DNA of 64,000 nt, taken from assembly GCA_958296135.2 (NCBI GenBank), contig CATQHZ020000001.1, positions 3,520,001 to 3,584,000 of the forward strand, written 5' to 3'. Position numbers and translations under genes: made by a program. Each line of letters starts with the position of its first letter. Position 1 is the stretch's first letter. The DNA comes from an uncultured Poribacteria bacterium. Its GTDB lineage: Bacteria; Poribacteria; WGA-4E; WGA-3G. Positions 9,809 through 19,956 of the stretch are shown here, piece after piece. The notes below the pieces were generated by a model. That model was not told the DNA's origin. It ran no database searches and saw only the letters and a program-made list of their open reading frames with translations.

Positions 9809-11548
9809 ATGTTTGGCACGCAAACCCATCCTGACAAACGCCTCGCCGAATACCGAAGTAATTTGATAGGCATCCAGCACCTACACCGATTAACACCCAG
9901 GCACCCACTGCCGAATCGACCGGTTACGGTGCATGTCACAACATCTGGCGGGCTCCCTTTTGATACTCTCCGATGTTGGATAAATGCAAACGGAACCGAG
10001 ACAGCGTTTGACCTTGCTCCTCCTTGCAAGCATGCTGAGTGGCATACGCTTGAATGGCGGTACGTGCGTCATTGGAGCGGCCAGATGCCGCCGCAACCAA
10101 ACGGCACAATTCTCAACTATCACATCGGCGGCCGCGTCGCTGGTTCGGATACATGGATTTTCGCGGATAACCAAGCGCGCACGAAAGCCACCGCAACCGA
10201 ATTTTCCATCCCAATTGACGCATACGAAATGCCCGAATGGGCACGCGCCGCCGTTATCTACCACATCTTCCTCGACCGGTTTTATCCAGGCACCGGGGTA
10301 CCGTGGAAGAAACCGACGAACCTCTCCGGGTTTTTCGGTGGCACGTTACGCGGCGCGATTCAGAAACTGGACTACATTCAATCGCTTGGATGCAACGCGC
10401 TGTGGCTCTCACCGCTCTTCGCAAGTCCATCGCACCACGGCTACGACGCAACAGATTACGACACGGTGGAACCGCGGCTCGGCACGAATGCGGAACTCCA
10501 CGAATTGATTGACGAGGCACATCGCCGCGAGATGCGCATCATTATGGATTTCGTCGCCAATCACTGGTCCAACGAGCATCCGACGTTCCAAGAAGCACAG
10601 CGGAACACGGACAGCGAGTATCGGGAGTGGTATACATGGCAGCGATGGCCGGACGAATACGCGAGTTTTTTCGGTGTGAAGGGGATGCCGCAGCTGAATC
10701 TGAAGCACAAACCGGCGCGCGACGCTTTGCTGGCGTGCGCACAGCGATGGTTACGCGCGGGTATTGATGGATATCGGCTGGATTATGCCCCCGGCCCGCC
10801 GCATACGTTCTGGGCAGAATTCCGCCACGCGTGCAAATCGGTGAATCCTAACGCTTTTCTGTTCGGAGAGGTGGTGAGTCATTCGGAAGTAGTCGCATCG
10901 TATCTGCCGCATTTTGACGGGTGTCTCGATTTTCTGCTGGCAGACGCACTGCGGAAAACGTTCGCGCTGGAAACGTGGACACTGGGAGAGTTTGAGGCGT
11001 TCCTCGCCGCACACGAGCACTACTTTCCAGAGGGATTCGCGCTCCCAGCGTTTTTGGACAATCACGACATGACGCGCATCCTCTACTTAGCAAAGGAAGA
11101 CAAGGCGAAGGTAAAGTTGGCGGCTTTAGTGCTTTTCACACTCCCCGGCGCACCTATCCTTTACAACGGAACGGAGGTAGGGCTCTCACAGCGGAACCCA
11201 CTCGGCCGTTTTGAGGAGGCGCGATTGCCGACTCCATGGGGCGAAGAACAAGATAAAAATCTGTTGGCTTATTTCCAACGCTTGGGAGAATTGCGCAATC
11301 AGTTTCCAGAACTGGCCTCCAATAAAAGGGAGGTTGTTCACCTCAACATAGGCACCGGCACCTATGCTTACCGCCGCGGGCAGGTGTTGGTTGCGCTCAA
11401 CACGAGTCGCGTTCCTCGCACACTGAATGTGACAGCTCCAAACCTTTCCGATGCTGCTCAAGAACTTCTGAATAGGCATCCGGTGGAAGTGAGCGGAGAT
11501 GTTGTGCGAATTTCGCTCCCAGCACAGAGTAGTGCCTTTATTGCCTAG
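9809..11548 (+). CDS. GH13 alpha-amylase family (neopullulanase/cyclomaltodextrinase-like)
   Basis: YHIFLDRF, HHGYD, DFVANH, GIDGYRLDYA, FGEV, FLDNHD. Confidence 0.9.
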   Translation: MFGTQTHPDKRLAEYRSNLIGIQHLHRLTPRHPLPNRPVTVHVTTSGGLPFDTLRCWINANGTETAFDLAPPCKHAEWHTLEWRYVRHWSGQMPPQPNGTILNYHIGGRVAGSDTWIFADNQARTKATATEFSIPIDAYEMPEWARAAVIYHIFLDRFYPGTGVPWKKPTNLSGFFGGTLRGAIQKLDYIQSLGCNALWLSPLFASPSHHGYDATDYDTVEPRLGTNAELHELIDEAHRREMRIIMDFVANHWSNEHPTFQEAQRNTDSEYREWYTWQRWPDEYASFFGVKGMPQLNLKHKPARDALLACAQRWLRAGIDGYRLDYAPGPPHTFWAEFRHACKSVNPNAFLFGEVVSHSEVVASYLPHFDGCLDFLLADALRKTFALETWTLGEFEAFLAAHEHYFPEGFALPAFLDNHDMTRILYLAKEDKAKVKLAALVLFTLPGAPILYNGTEVGLSQRNPLGRFEEARLPTPWGEEQDKNLLAYFQRLGELRNQFPELASNKREVVHLNIGTGTYAYRRGQVLVALNTSRVPRTLNVTAPNLSDAAQELLNRHPVEVSGDVVRISLPAQSSAFIA

Positions 11549-11641
11549 CAAACGACAGACAAAAGCACTGTGCAACTAAGCGCGTCGTTACACAGTGCTT
11601 CTGGTTATCAACACCTGCAATAAAGGTGTCAAGTTTATAGA

Positions 11642-12547
11642 CTAGTTCCCACCCTCTGGAGGGGGCGGATCAGCTGGCGGATCAGCTGGAGGGGGCGTAT
11701 CAGCATCCTCGTCTGCCATGTCATCGGCACCGCCGGTCATGTCATCGGCACCGTCACCAGTCATATCACCGGCACCGTCGCCAGTCATGTCATCGGCACC
11801 GTCACCAGTCATATCATCGGCACCGTCGCCAGTCATGTCATCGGCACCGTCGCCAGTCATATCACCATCCATGCCGTCAGTATCACCGTCTGTCATGTCA
11901 TCGGCACCGTCGCCGGTCATGTCATCGGCACCGTCTGTCATGTCACCGGTCTCGCCATCTGTCATCTCCTCCATCATTTCGGCGGGGAGTTTGACAAAGA
12001 CGCTGTCGGTTTCGGCTTTGGCGTGACATCCGTGGCAGCCCTCGCTACTTCCGCCAGGGATATCCCCGGCTTGCGGCATGAGTTCAGCATCCGCGGTCTC
12101 GCGGTGATATTGGACGTACTGCCACCCGTTGTGGGCTGCATACATTTCGTCGTCTGTCTTCATCATCATCGCGAGACGTAGAACGAAGGCGTTGGTGTCA
12201 TCCATGATTTCCTTGGCAATCGCTGTCCCAACGGGGAAGGTTGCCATCGTCGCGTCTTTCAATGCGGTAACCCCGGCTTCGTTGATATAAACCGTCCGGG
12301 TGCCCATGCCGTGCGCGGCACCTGTTTCAGCAGGACTCATAGCGTCTTCAATAGCACTAGGCGCGGGAAGTGCGACGCTGGTCCAGGACGCGTACTCAGC
12401 CCCTGAGGCCATCATGGCTGTCATGTCGGCTGGCATCGTCTCTTCGCTGGGCTCTGCCGGTGGCAGCATTTGCTGTGTCCGCTCGCAGGAAACGAAGGCG
12501 ACACAACAGATGAGCACAGCAATCAAAGCAAATTGAAATTTCAGCAT
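11642..12547 (-). CDS. Cytochrome P460-family lipoprotein with acidic repeat tail
   Basis: Lipobox FVSC; FP.GT.I.KE, MMK, GW.Y and C-terminal CHGCH heme motif; GDGADDMT repeats. Confidence 0.75.
   Translation of the reverse strand: MLKFQFALIAVLICCVAFVSCERTQQMLPPAEPSEETMPADMTAMMASGAEYASWTSVALPAPSAIEDAMSPAETGAAHGMGTRTVYINEAGVTALKDATMATFPVGTAIAKEIMDDTNAFVLRLAMMMKTDDEMYAAHNGWQYVQYHRETADAELMPQAGDIPGGSSEGCHGCHAKAETDSVFVKLPAEMMEEMTDGETGDMTDGADDMTGDGADDMTDGDTDGMDGDMTGDGADDMTGDGADDMTGDGADDMTGDGAGDMTGDGADDMTGGADDMADEDADTPPPADPPADPPPPEGGN
11716..11965 (-). repeat. Intragenic 24-bp tandem repeat (GDGADDMT)n
   Basis: TCATGTCATCGGCACCGTCGCCAG-like units repeated about 9 times. Confidence 0.9.
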
Positions 12548-12757
12548 TCTGAATGCTCCTTATCTTAAGGCCTTACGCAGCACGCGGCGACAAACTGCAC
12601 CTACCGGCACCGCGGAAGGCCTGTTCTATTTGAAATAAAAGTGACCAGAAGTTGCTAGGCAAAGCACCTATCAATCTTTCTGGTTGATTTCTTCACAACT
12701 TCATTAAACATGATACCATATTTGCAGTTAATTTGCAATAAAAAAAGATTTTTCCGC

Positions 12758-14347
12758 TCATTTTTCATCAATTTGTAAGATTTCTGAACGGATTTTTAGG
12801 ATCTCTCGGTTTTCTGGGGCTTGCGCAGCCGCCGCTTTAATTTCACGCCGTGCATCGGCGACACGGTTGAGCCGGTAATAGACGCGCGCGAGCGTGGCAC
12901 GGTGGACAGGCAGCCCATCTCGCGCAACAGCTGCTTCGGCAAGACTGAGTGCCTCGTCAAGGTTTCTGTTCTCCGCCGCGAGCATCGCGGCGAGGGCATC
13001 CTTCGGAAACGAGACATCCGGCGCGAGATGAATTGCACGGCGGAAGTCGCTTTCTGCACCTGCGGAATCCCCGCGCTTCCAGCGAATTTGTCCGCGCCAC
13101 CAATACCCCGGTGCCCACGTCGGTGCATGGCGGATACCCATCGTGAAGGCATCTTCAGCACCTTTCAAGTCCTCCGATGCTTCGCGGAGGTGTGCAAGCT
13201 GAGCGTAGGTATCCATGAAATCCGGCTCATGATGGATAAGCGCGAGGAAGTGCGACACCGCAACGGCGCGGTTCCCCAATTTCGCCTCTATCCTACCGAG
13301 GTGCAGCAGTGCCTGAGGCGAAGAAGGCTCTATCGTGAGAACGCGGCGATAGTTCTGCTTGGCTTCCGCCAACTTTCCGAGTTGCATCTGAACGTAGGCG
13401 TAATCTTTCAGCGCAGGCATAAATGTAGCATCCGCCTCCACTGCCTTATGAAGCAGTTCCAGCGCGTGCCGCGCCTGTTCTCCCTCAAGCAGTCGATGCG
13501 CTTGACGAAGGTAGCCTTCTGCGAGCGTGCGACGGTACCGCGCAAGCGCAGTTTCAGCACCAGTATTGTCACCGAGCTGGAAGAGAACATCCGCGAGCGC
13601 CTTGTGAAATCCGGGATTGCCCGGTGTGTGCAGGGTAGCGCGCTGATAAAAATCGCGGGCGACTGCAAACTGCCCGCGCTTTGCGGCGACTTCGCCTCGG
13701 CCAAAGGCCGCACTTGCAAGCGTGCCATCTTGCGTGAGGGCCTCCCGAAAAACGGCATCCGCCTCGTCAAGACGGTTAAGTTTAAGCAGGACATACCCAA
13801 GGTTGTTATAGGCGGCAGTTGCACTCGGTTCCAACTGCACAGCGACGAGATAGTATCGGCGTGCCTGTTCCAGATTGCCGCGCTCGGTTTCAATCTGTCC
13901 CAAGGCAATATACCATGCCACCGGCGCGCTTTCCCCCGCATTTTTAACCGCTTTTTGGAACCACGCGTCTGCCTTCTCCAACTGTTTATTACGATGATAC
14001 GCGGTGGCAAGTTTCGCCTGCAGATTCGCCTCAAGTGTCAAGCGTTCCGCTTGCGGCAGCGTGGAAAGCAGCTCCAAGGTGCGCTGAAAGGCGGCAATCG
14101 CGCGCGGATACTCTTGCAATTTCACGGCGGCATCGCCCACCCCGAGGTGCGCGGGGATAAACGCCGGCGCGCCCTTGGCAAGAGCGTCATACAACACAAG
14201 TGCCTCAGCCCATTGCTCTGCTTGGAATGCGCGCTGAGCATCCGCCAATTGCCGATGCGGCGCATCTGCAGACGCAAAAAGGAGCCCCAAGGCGAAAAGC
14301 AGCAAACACGCTCGTGTGAGATGCAACAAGTTAGTCATCGTCTTCAT
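12758..14347 (-). CDS. Tetratricopeptide repeat protein, exported
   Basis: Signal peptide; repeated A...LG......G....A...Y..A....P patterns. Confidence 0.9.
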   Translation of the reverse strand: MKTMTNLLHLTRACLLLFALGLLFASADAPHRQLADAQRAFQAEQWAEALVLYDALAKGAPAFIPAHLGVGDAAVKLQEYPRAIAAFQRTLELLSTLPQAERLTLEANLQAKLATAYHRNKQLEKADAWFQKAVKNAGESAPVAWYIALGQIETERGNLEQARRYYLVAVQLEPSATAAYNNLGYVLLKLNRLDEADAVFREALTQDGTLASAAFGRGEVAAKRGQFAVARDFYQRATLHTPGNPGFHKALADVLFQLGDNTGAETALARYRRTLAEGYLRQAHRLLEGEQARHALELLHKAVEADATFMPALKDYAYVQMQLGKLAEAKQNYRRVLTIEPSSPQALLHLGRIEAKLGNRAVAVSHFLALIHHEPDFMDTYAQLAHLREASEDLKGAEDAFTMGIRHAPTWAPGYWWRGQIRWKRGDSAGAESDFRRAIHLAPDVSFPKDALAAMLAAENRNLDEALSLAEAAVARDGLPVHRATLARVYYRLNRVADARREIKAAAAQAPENREILKIRSEILQIDEK

Positions 14348-15074
14348 CGTCCGAGGGCGCGTTCAGATTCGCCCCTGCCAATTCGGCATCTAAAATGTGC
14401 CAATTGCCCTCATCTTTCTGTTTGGCAAGCCACGCACCAAAATTGTCCTTCGCCTTTTGCTGGCGGAACCGTGCCAGAAGCTCTTCCTCTACGTCAGCAT
14501 ATTCTTTTCGGTTGCCATCAGCATCCTTAAATTCATCCGGATGCTTCTCAAAATATCCAAGGGCGAATTCCTCAATTTCAGCGGTGTTCACGGTGCCGAC
14601 AAATTTGCGGCGAAAGAAGGCATCGTCAATAAGGCGCGCATACACCCATGCCTCCACAGCGACGATTTCTAACCCGTTTTCCTGCAAAACTCGGTAGAAT
14701 GCTGCTCGGGACGAGAATTTTGCAGAGATAGCCGCCATCTGAGCCGCAACCTGCTCGCTGTAATTGCCGTATGGAGTGGACATGGTGCCGAGTTTCCCCG
14801 CGCCGCTGTCATCTTGTTTGACAACGCCGATGCGCACCGCTTCCAGAAACGCAAATTTCCGAGCGATGAGAATATCCAAGCCCGCGCGTTTGTCGAAGAC
14901 AGTTGGTTCCGGCGGATAGGGTATCCCCATAACAGCGGCGACGCGGAACTCGTTTTCTAGTTCAATTTGCGTGATGGCGTGTCCCTCCACAACGGCAATT
15001 ACCGCATCGATCCGCGTTTGCGCGTGCGCATTCCCGATAAACAGCAAAAGGAAAAAGGCAAGATAGCGTCTCAT
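14331..15074 (-). CDS. SurA N-terminal domain-like periplasmic protein
   Basis: Signal peptide then IDAVIAVVEGHAIT..EL, as in the SurA N-terminal domain; no PPIase domain. Confidence 0.6.
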   Translation of the reverse strand: MRRYLAFFLLLFIGNAHAQTRIDAVIAVVEGHAITQIELENEFRVAAVMGIPYPPEPTVFDKRAGLDILIARKFAFLEAVRIGVVKQDDSGAGKLGTMSTPYGNYSEQVAAQMAAISAKFSSRAAFYRVLQENGLEIVAVEAWVYARLIDDAFFRRKFVGTVNTAEIEEFALGYFEKHPDEFKDADGNRKEYADVEEELLARFRQQKAKDNFGAWLAKQKDEGNWHILDAELAGANLNAPSDDEDDD

Positions 15075-15078
15075 GTTT

Positions 15079-16248
15079 TTAGCGTGGATGCCGCGGTGTC
15101 AGCCACGCCTCCTCAATTTTCAGCCCGAAGCCGGGGCCGTCGTTCGGCGAGATATAACTTGCCTCTGGAAAAGATTCACCCTCAAACACCCGGGTCTCCT
15201 CCAACGGCACGCCGGGTGGGGTACCGAGGTAGTATTCCACCCATGGGGTATTCGGCATAGCGGCAGAGAGATGCAGCCCCGACTGCCGTAACCCACCGCC
15301 GTGAAAAATGACGGTAAGTCCCGCCGCATCCGCCATGTGACAGATTTTGACACATTCGGTTATGCCCCCTACCCAAAATGTGTCGGGCTGAAGAATATCC
15401 AAGCATCGCTTCTCAATAATCTGCTGAAACGGGAAGCGTGTGTAGTGGTGCTCCCCACTTGCCAACGATACCCAATCAACAGCCGCTCTCACCTGGGCAA
15501 GCCCATCAATATCCTCTGGAATGAGGAACTCCTCAATCCACTTGAGGCGATAGGGACGAAGGCATCGTGCCAAGCGGATAGTGTAATCCACATCAAACGC
15601 CATGTAGCAATCCAGCATAATTTCAACATCGTCACCTACTGTCTCCCGGGTCTTCGCTACCAACTTCTCGTTCTCTTTCAGTCCCCATGCGCCATCCGCA
15701 GGGCCGTAGGGGCACGCCAATTTCACCGCTTTGAATCCCAACTCCAGCTGCCAGTCTGTATCGTTGCCGGTGGCGTAGGCGAAGAGTTTTTCGCGCAACG
15801 GGCCGCCCAGCAGTTCGTAAACCGGCTGGTGCTTGAGTTTGCCGTTCAGATCCCACAGCGCGATGTCAATGCCGCTCATCGCACAACTGGTGAGGCCCTG
15901 AGAACCGTAGGGTTTCGACATGCGGAACATCATGTCCCAGATCTTCTCGACAGCAAAGCAGTTCTCGCCTATCAGCATCGGCGCGAAATGTTCATCAATA
16001 ATCGCAGCGACAGGAGTGCCGAAGGAGGACTCGCCGAGGCCCCAGGTACCGTCTTCTGCCGTGACTTTCACGTAGACAGTGTCCCACTTCGGCATCCAAC
16101 TAGAACGGTGCCGCTTATATTTTGGGTAGCGCGACATCGGGTTCGCGACTTCGGCGTGCACGTTCCACGGTTCGCGCCGTGGGGGTGTGCGCTGTCCCTC
16201 GCGCGGAGGAACGTTAATTCGGACTGTTTGAATGTCTTTGATTTTCAT
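15079..16248 (-). CDS. rhmD: L-rhamnonate dehydratase-like (mandelate racemase/enolase superfamily)
   Basis: VANPMSRYPKY...R.SW, DIALWDL, YATG, KLACPYGP, MLDCYM, KWIEE, ASGEH. Confidence 0.75.
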   Translation of the reverse strand: MKIKDIQTVRINVPPREGQRTPPRREPWNVHAEVANPMSRYPKYKRHRSSWMPKWDTVYVKVTAEDGTWGLGESSFGTPVAAIIDEHFAPMLIGENCFAVEKIWDMMFRMSKPYGSQGLTSCAMSGIDIALWDLNGKLKHQPVYELLGGPLREKLFAYATGNDTDWQLELGFKAVKLACPYGPADGAWGLKENEKLVAKTRETVGDDVEIMLDCYMAFDVDYTIRLARCLRPYRLKWIEEFLIPEDIDGLAQVRAAVDWVSLASGEHHYTRFPFQQIIEKRCLDILQPDTFWVGGITECVKICHMADAAGLTVIFHGGGLRQSGLHLSAAMPNTPWVEYYLGTPPGVPLEETRVFEGESFPEASYISPNDGPGFGLKIEEAWLTPRHPR

Positions 16249-16311
16249 GTTTGTCTTCCTGCTTTGTGAGAATACGGCACCGCTTGTGCCGGCACTATCT
16301 TTTTTTGCGGA

Positions 16312-18849
16312 TTATCCCCTGAAATGTAGAGAACGTCTCTGCACATCCGCTACGATTTCCTTCCGATAAAGCCCGCAAGGAAACCGCGAATCATTGAACC
16401 GAATACTGAGGGTATCCCTGACAGTAGGCCGGAAAAACATCGCCTGTCCCCTGATTTTTAGCAGCAGCGCAATGGACTCGCCCGCGACAAGCGTGAACGC
16501 CGGCGGAAGATGCGGCACGTAGGAAAACTGGTGATTTTCAAACCGAACCTCGAAAACCCTCAATTCCCTGTCGCCTACGTTGGTAATGACTAATTGCCTT
16601 CCATCAAGCTGAATATCAGCACGGCTCTCAACGATATCCATCGCAAACGGAAGAGGTAGCGTTATTTCCGAACGCCGGTCCTTCAGGCGTAAGACACACC
16701 GACACTCCTGGGCAGACAGTGGAACTTGTGGACGCAGCATAAACTGACATCCCCCCGCTTGCTCCTGAACCGTCAACAGTTGCTGCTGTGCTAGTTTTTC
16801 AGGAATTTCCGCCGCGGTGCATTCGATAGCCTCGCCATCGCTGCGGCGCACCCTTACCTCCGCATGTTGTGGCTCATCAAACAGAAAGACCTTGGGAAAA
16901 TAGAGAACCGGCGGTTCTGGCATGAGATGCACTATCTCGTATTTCGCAACGAAGGGCAGCACACGGCGGTTTGCAAGATAGCAATTCGTTACCAGCGACG
17001 CATCGCATTTTCTGCGATAGGCATTTGAGGATTTCTCACTCAAAACCTGCACGAGAGGCGCGGTGCTGATACGTTCAAACGGTGTTTTGTTCTGGATACG
17101 GAAATCGCCTTCCGCAAACCGAAGAACCGTGCTCGGCTGGATTGTCCCTTTCAGTTCCCCTTTTCCAAAAATATCAAGCGAGAGCGGAACGCCTTCGGAT
17201 TTTCCTTGCTGAATTTGCGGGAATGCTAATTCGGTATTTCGGAGAAAAGGGACAGCCCCATTCGTCATCCCCATCACGAAAATCGGCACACGGAACCCAC
17301 TAGGAGATTCTACCGCGCTCTCCATCTCAAGCCACCCTAAATTCAGCCCCGGTTGGAGCCCCCCAGGCGAAAACACTATCGTGATATCCGTTTTGTCCGA
17401 ACTCGGCAGACTCACAGTCTCAGGTTCAATTCGCATCCATTCAACCGAAGAACGGCACAGGAGTTTGTGTCTCTGTTTGGACTTATTTTGCAGGGTAACC
17501 TGCTGTCCATTCCTCGCGACGCGGATGCTAGATGCGACACCTTGGGAACAACAGACAATCTCATGCAAACGACTCGGGTCAAGGCGCGTTTCACCGTCAA
17601 TTTCAGCGCGGAAGAGATACGTGCCCTCCGGAATACTCAACGTGACTCCGAAACTATCGGCGCGCTTCTCTAGAAAAAGCGTCCGCGGTGTCCACTGATT
17701 AAAATCACCTATCAAATAACCAGCCCGGGTTTCCTCCGACGATGGAAATCGAAAATCCCTATCTTCAAAAATCATCACGGTTTGAGGGATTTTAGATGCC
17801 GGTAGGACTTCGACCGGCAGCGGTTTCCACTTTGTAGGGACATCGTAGACAGCCGGCGTATCCGCCCGGTCGGATTCAAACGTCAGTTCGGTTTTTCCGA
17901 TGATTTCATACCAACTCCAGACCGGAATTTTCTTATCCGACACGTCAATTTCCGCAAAATTACGTCCCTGTTCAAGTTTATCGACATTCACGGAAACAAG
18001 CAGACTGGCTGTGGCATACGGTTCAACACCGATTGTTCGTTGAGCAGATAGCCATGCAGCATCTGATTGAACGCGTCCCGAAAATGGATGTGACGTGATG
18101 TTTGCAATTTGGACTATCTGTTGAAGGAATTTTAATTTTGATGCCTCGGTGCTCGTTTTTGGCATCACGGCACCCGGCCGCCGCGAATTCAACTCATAGT
18201 GGAGCGCGCCTTGCGGGGTTTCAAGAACAGCGTCATAGGTAGGCACTCCCGGTTCCGATGTCTCTTGTGGTGTCACTGTAAGCCGTGTTGGCGGCGTGAG
18301 CCCGAAGTCGCCGAGCAGGGAAAAATCAAATGTTTCTGCTTGAGTGGAAACCAACGATACCTTCCATGCAGTGATTTCGCCAAAGTTGATGAACGCTGGC
18401 ACTGCCACTTTTGCACCCGAGTCTTCAGGAAGGCGAACCCCTAACAACACTTTGCTAAATGCTTTACTTCTCGCGTTGGAGACAAGGTTCAGCTCAGCGA
18501 TAGTGACGGTTGCAGCTTCCAACAATTTCTCTGGGACAAGCCTCAGTTCAATTTCTAGCGGCTCCGATGCTATCCTTAGTTCAGTCGGAGTCGGTTTTTG
18601 AGTCCTTTTCACCCAGCCACTGCACGCCCGAGGGATACGCACGCGTTCCACGCGCAGCGTCCTGCCGCCGACATTCCAAACGCGAATCTTTACCGTAGGC
18701 ATTGGATGCTCAAACTCATCCACGTAGATATCCGGTGCAGTGTAAAGATACGGTTCATCAATTGGCGTAACCGTGAACGGAAGTTCCGCTGCATCTGGGG
18801 CCGGCGGCAAATATAATTGACGATGGATTGCCTTTAGGTGGTGAATCAT
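16312..18849 (-). CDS. Large multi-Ig (ASH/BACON-like) protein with central CBM48/AMPK-beta-like domain
   Basis: YLIGDFNQW...L..G.Y.F....DG....DP CBM48-like motif; repeated I.NVG.R.L.V and SD..WL/SVEW..I.P Ig-type motifs; alternative TTG start at 18909. Confidence 0.6.
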   Translation of the reverse strand: MIHHLKAIHRQLYLPPAPDAAELPFTVTPIDEPYLYTAPDIYVDEFEHPMPTVKIRVWNVGGRTLRVERVRIPRACSGWVKRTQKPTPTELRIASEPLEIELRLVPEKLLEAATVTIAELNLVSNARSKAFSKVLLGVRLPEDSGAKVAVPAFINFGEITAWKVSLVSTQAETFDFSLLGDFGLTPPTRLTVTPQETSEPGVPTYDAVLETPQGALHYELNSRRPGAVMPKTSTEASKLKFLQQIVQIANITSHPFSGRVQSDAAWLSAQRTIGVEPYATASLLVSVNVDKLEQGRNFAEIDVSDKKIPVWSWYEIIGKTELTFESDRADTPAVYDVPTKWKPLPVEVLPASKIPQTVMIFEDRDFRFPSSEETRAGYLIGDFNQWTPRTLFLEKRADSFGVTLSIPEGTYLFRAEIDGETRLDPSRLHEIVCCSQGVASSIRVARNGQQVTLQNKSKQRHKLLCRSSVEWMRIEPETVSLPSSDKTDITIVFSPGGLQPGLNLGWLEMESAVESPSGFRVPIFVMGMTNGAVPFLRNTELAFPQIQQGKSEGVPLSLDIFGKGELKGTIQPSTVLRFAEGDFRIQNKTPFERISTAPLVQVLSEKSSNAYRRKCDASLVTNCYLANRRVLPFVAKYEIVHLMPEPPVLYFPKVFLFDEPQHAEVRVRRSDGEAIECTAAEIPEKLAQQQLLTVQEQAGGCQFMLRPQVPLSAQECRCVLRLKDRRSEITLPLPFAMDIVESRADIQLDGRQLVITNVGDRELRVFEVRFENHQFSYVPHLPPAFTLVAGESIALLLKIRGQAMFFRPTVRDTLSIRFNDSRFPCGLYRKEIVADVQRRSLHFRG

Positions 18850-18917
18850 CAAAAATGCCTCATTAGGTGAATCTGACAAAATCCTAAGCGAACGCCCGTT
18901 TTTTGTCAAGCCCCAAG

Positions 18918-19955
18918 TTATTCGTCTAACGGGCTCTTTGAAGACGAATCTTTTGACTGAAACACCCCATCATTCTCGGCATCCTCATCCGGCCAGTCAT
19001 CATCTCCATTCCCATTTCCGTCCGAACGCAGATAGCGGTAAACCAAATATACAATCGGAATAGCAACACCAACCAGAATGAAGATGATAGCAATCACTTG
19101 CCCGGCGACGTTGTCCGTGTCCGAGGCAGTTTGCCGTTCCGGCATCGGCTTTTCAGGGCGCGGTTTTACAGGCGGCGTTGTCGTTTTCGGTGTTGGGGTG
19201 GGCTGCACAGGCTCTGGGTGTCTTACCTGCTGCGGTTCAGGTGCAGGGCCTGTTTTGAAAGGCGTTAACGGCACAATGCTATCAACCTTGCGCGCATAAG
19301 CCGCAGGCACCGTTCCAACAGTCCATCCGGTGCCGGTTGTCTCGCAGTAGTAATAGTTCGTGCCATCGTAGGCAAAAGCGGTGCCTTTGAAATCTCCGCT
19401 GACTCCGAGTGCAATGTGTCCGGGAGCGAAAATCAGTGCCGTTGAATCGCCCAGGCCGCTGAGAATAGCCGCCACAAGGATAGTCGTATCTTCACAGTCG
19501 CCTCCCCCTTCAATGAGCGTTTCAATAGCGTATCGCCGGAACTCATCATACCCTGTTGTCACGTCATCAAGCGTATACGGCAGAGATTGCACAAAACTCA
19601 AGACGAAATCTACCCGTTCTTGCCGGGACCAGCTCCGATGTCGCCGGAAGGTTTTTTGAAACTCGCGTATCAGATTGCCAACCGTCCCTGTGCCTTCCGC
19701 CACCAACTTGGGAATATCGTAGCGTTCTTTCCCAGAGTAAGAATTATACCGCTCCACGTCAATTGTCATCAGCACAGTATAAGACTTTCCTTGGAAATTC
19801 CACACGTACCGCCGCCCAATTGTCTGGCGATTCTGTTGCGGACGTTGCTGGTTGATGCCTTCCACAATCAGCACCTCGCGGAGTGCATCCTCTGCAAAAC
19901 TATCCCCGCTGATAAGGCATCCGCTCAGAATGAGCAGTGCAAGAAAAAACCTCAT
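18918..19955 (-). CDS. Membrane-anchored transglutaminase-like cysteine enzyme
   Basis: Signal peptide; FVQSLPY, GDCEDT (Cys), GHIALG (His), YYCETT (Glu) triad; Pro-rich linker and C-terminal TM helix. Confidence 0.8.
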   Translation of the reverse strand: MRFFLALLILSGCLISGDSFAEDALREVLIVEGINQQRPQQNRQTIGRRYVWNFQGKSYTVLMTIDVERYNSYSGKERYDIPKLVAEGTGTVGNLIREFQKTFRRHRSWSRQERVDFVLSFVQSLPYTLDDVTTGYDEFRRYAIETLIEGGGDCEDTTILVAAILSGLGDSTALIFAPGHIALGVSGDFKGTAFAYDGTNYYYCETTGTGWTVGTVPAAYARKVDSIVPLTPFKTGPAPEPQQVRHPEPVQPTPTPKTTTPPVKPRPEKPMPERQTASDTDNVAGQVIAIIFILVGVAIPIVYLVYRYLRSDGNGNGDDDWPDEDAENDGVFQSKDSSSKSPLDE

Positions 19956-19956
19956 A

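Noticed and set aside
12821-14530. Long antisense ORFs (also 15301-16269 and 59819-61009)
   Set aside because: They are shadows of well-supported opposite-strand genes in GC-rich DNA
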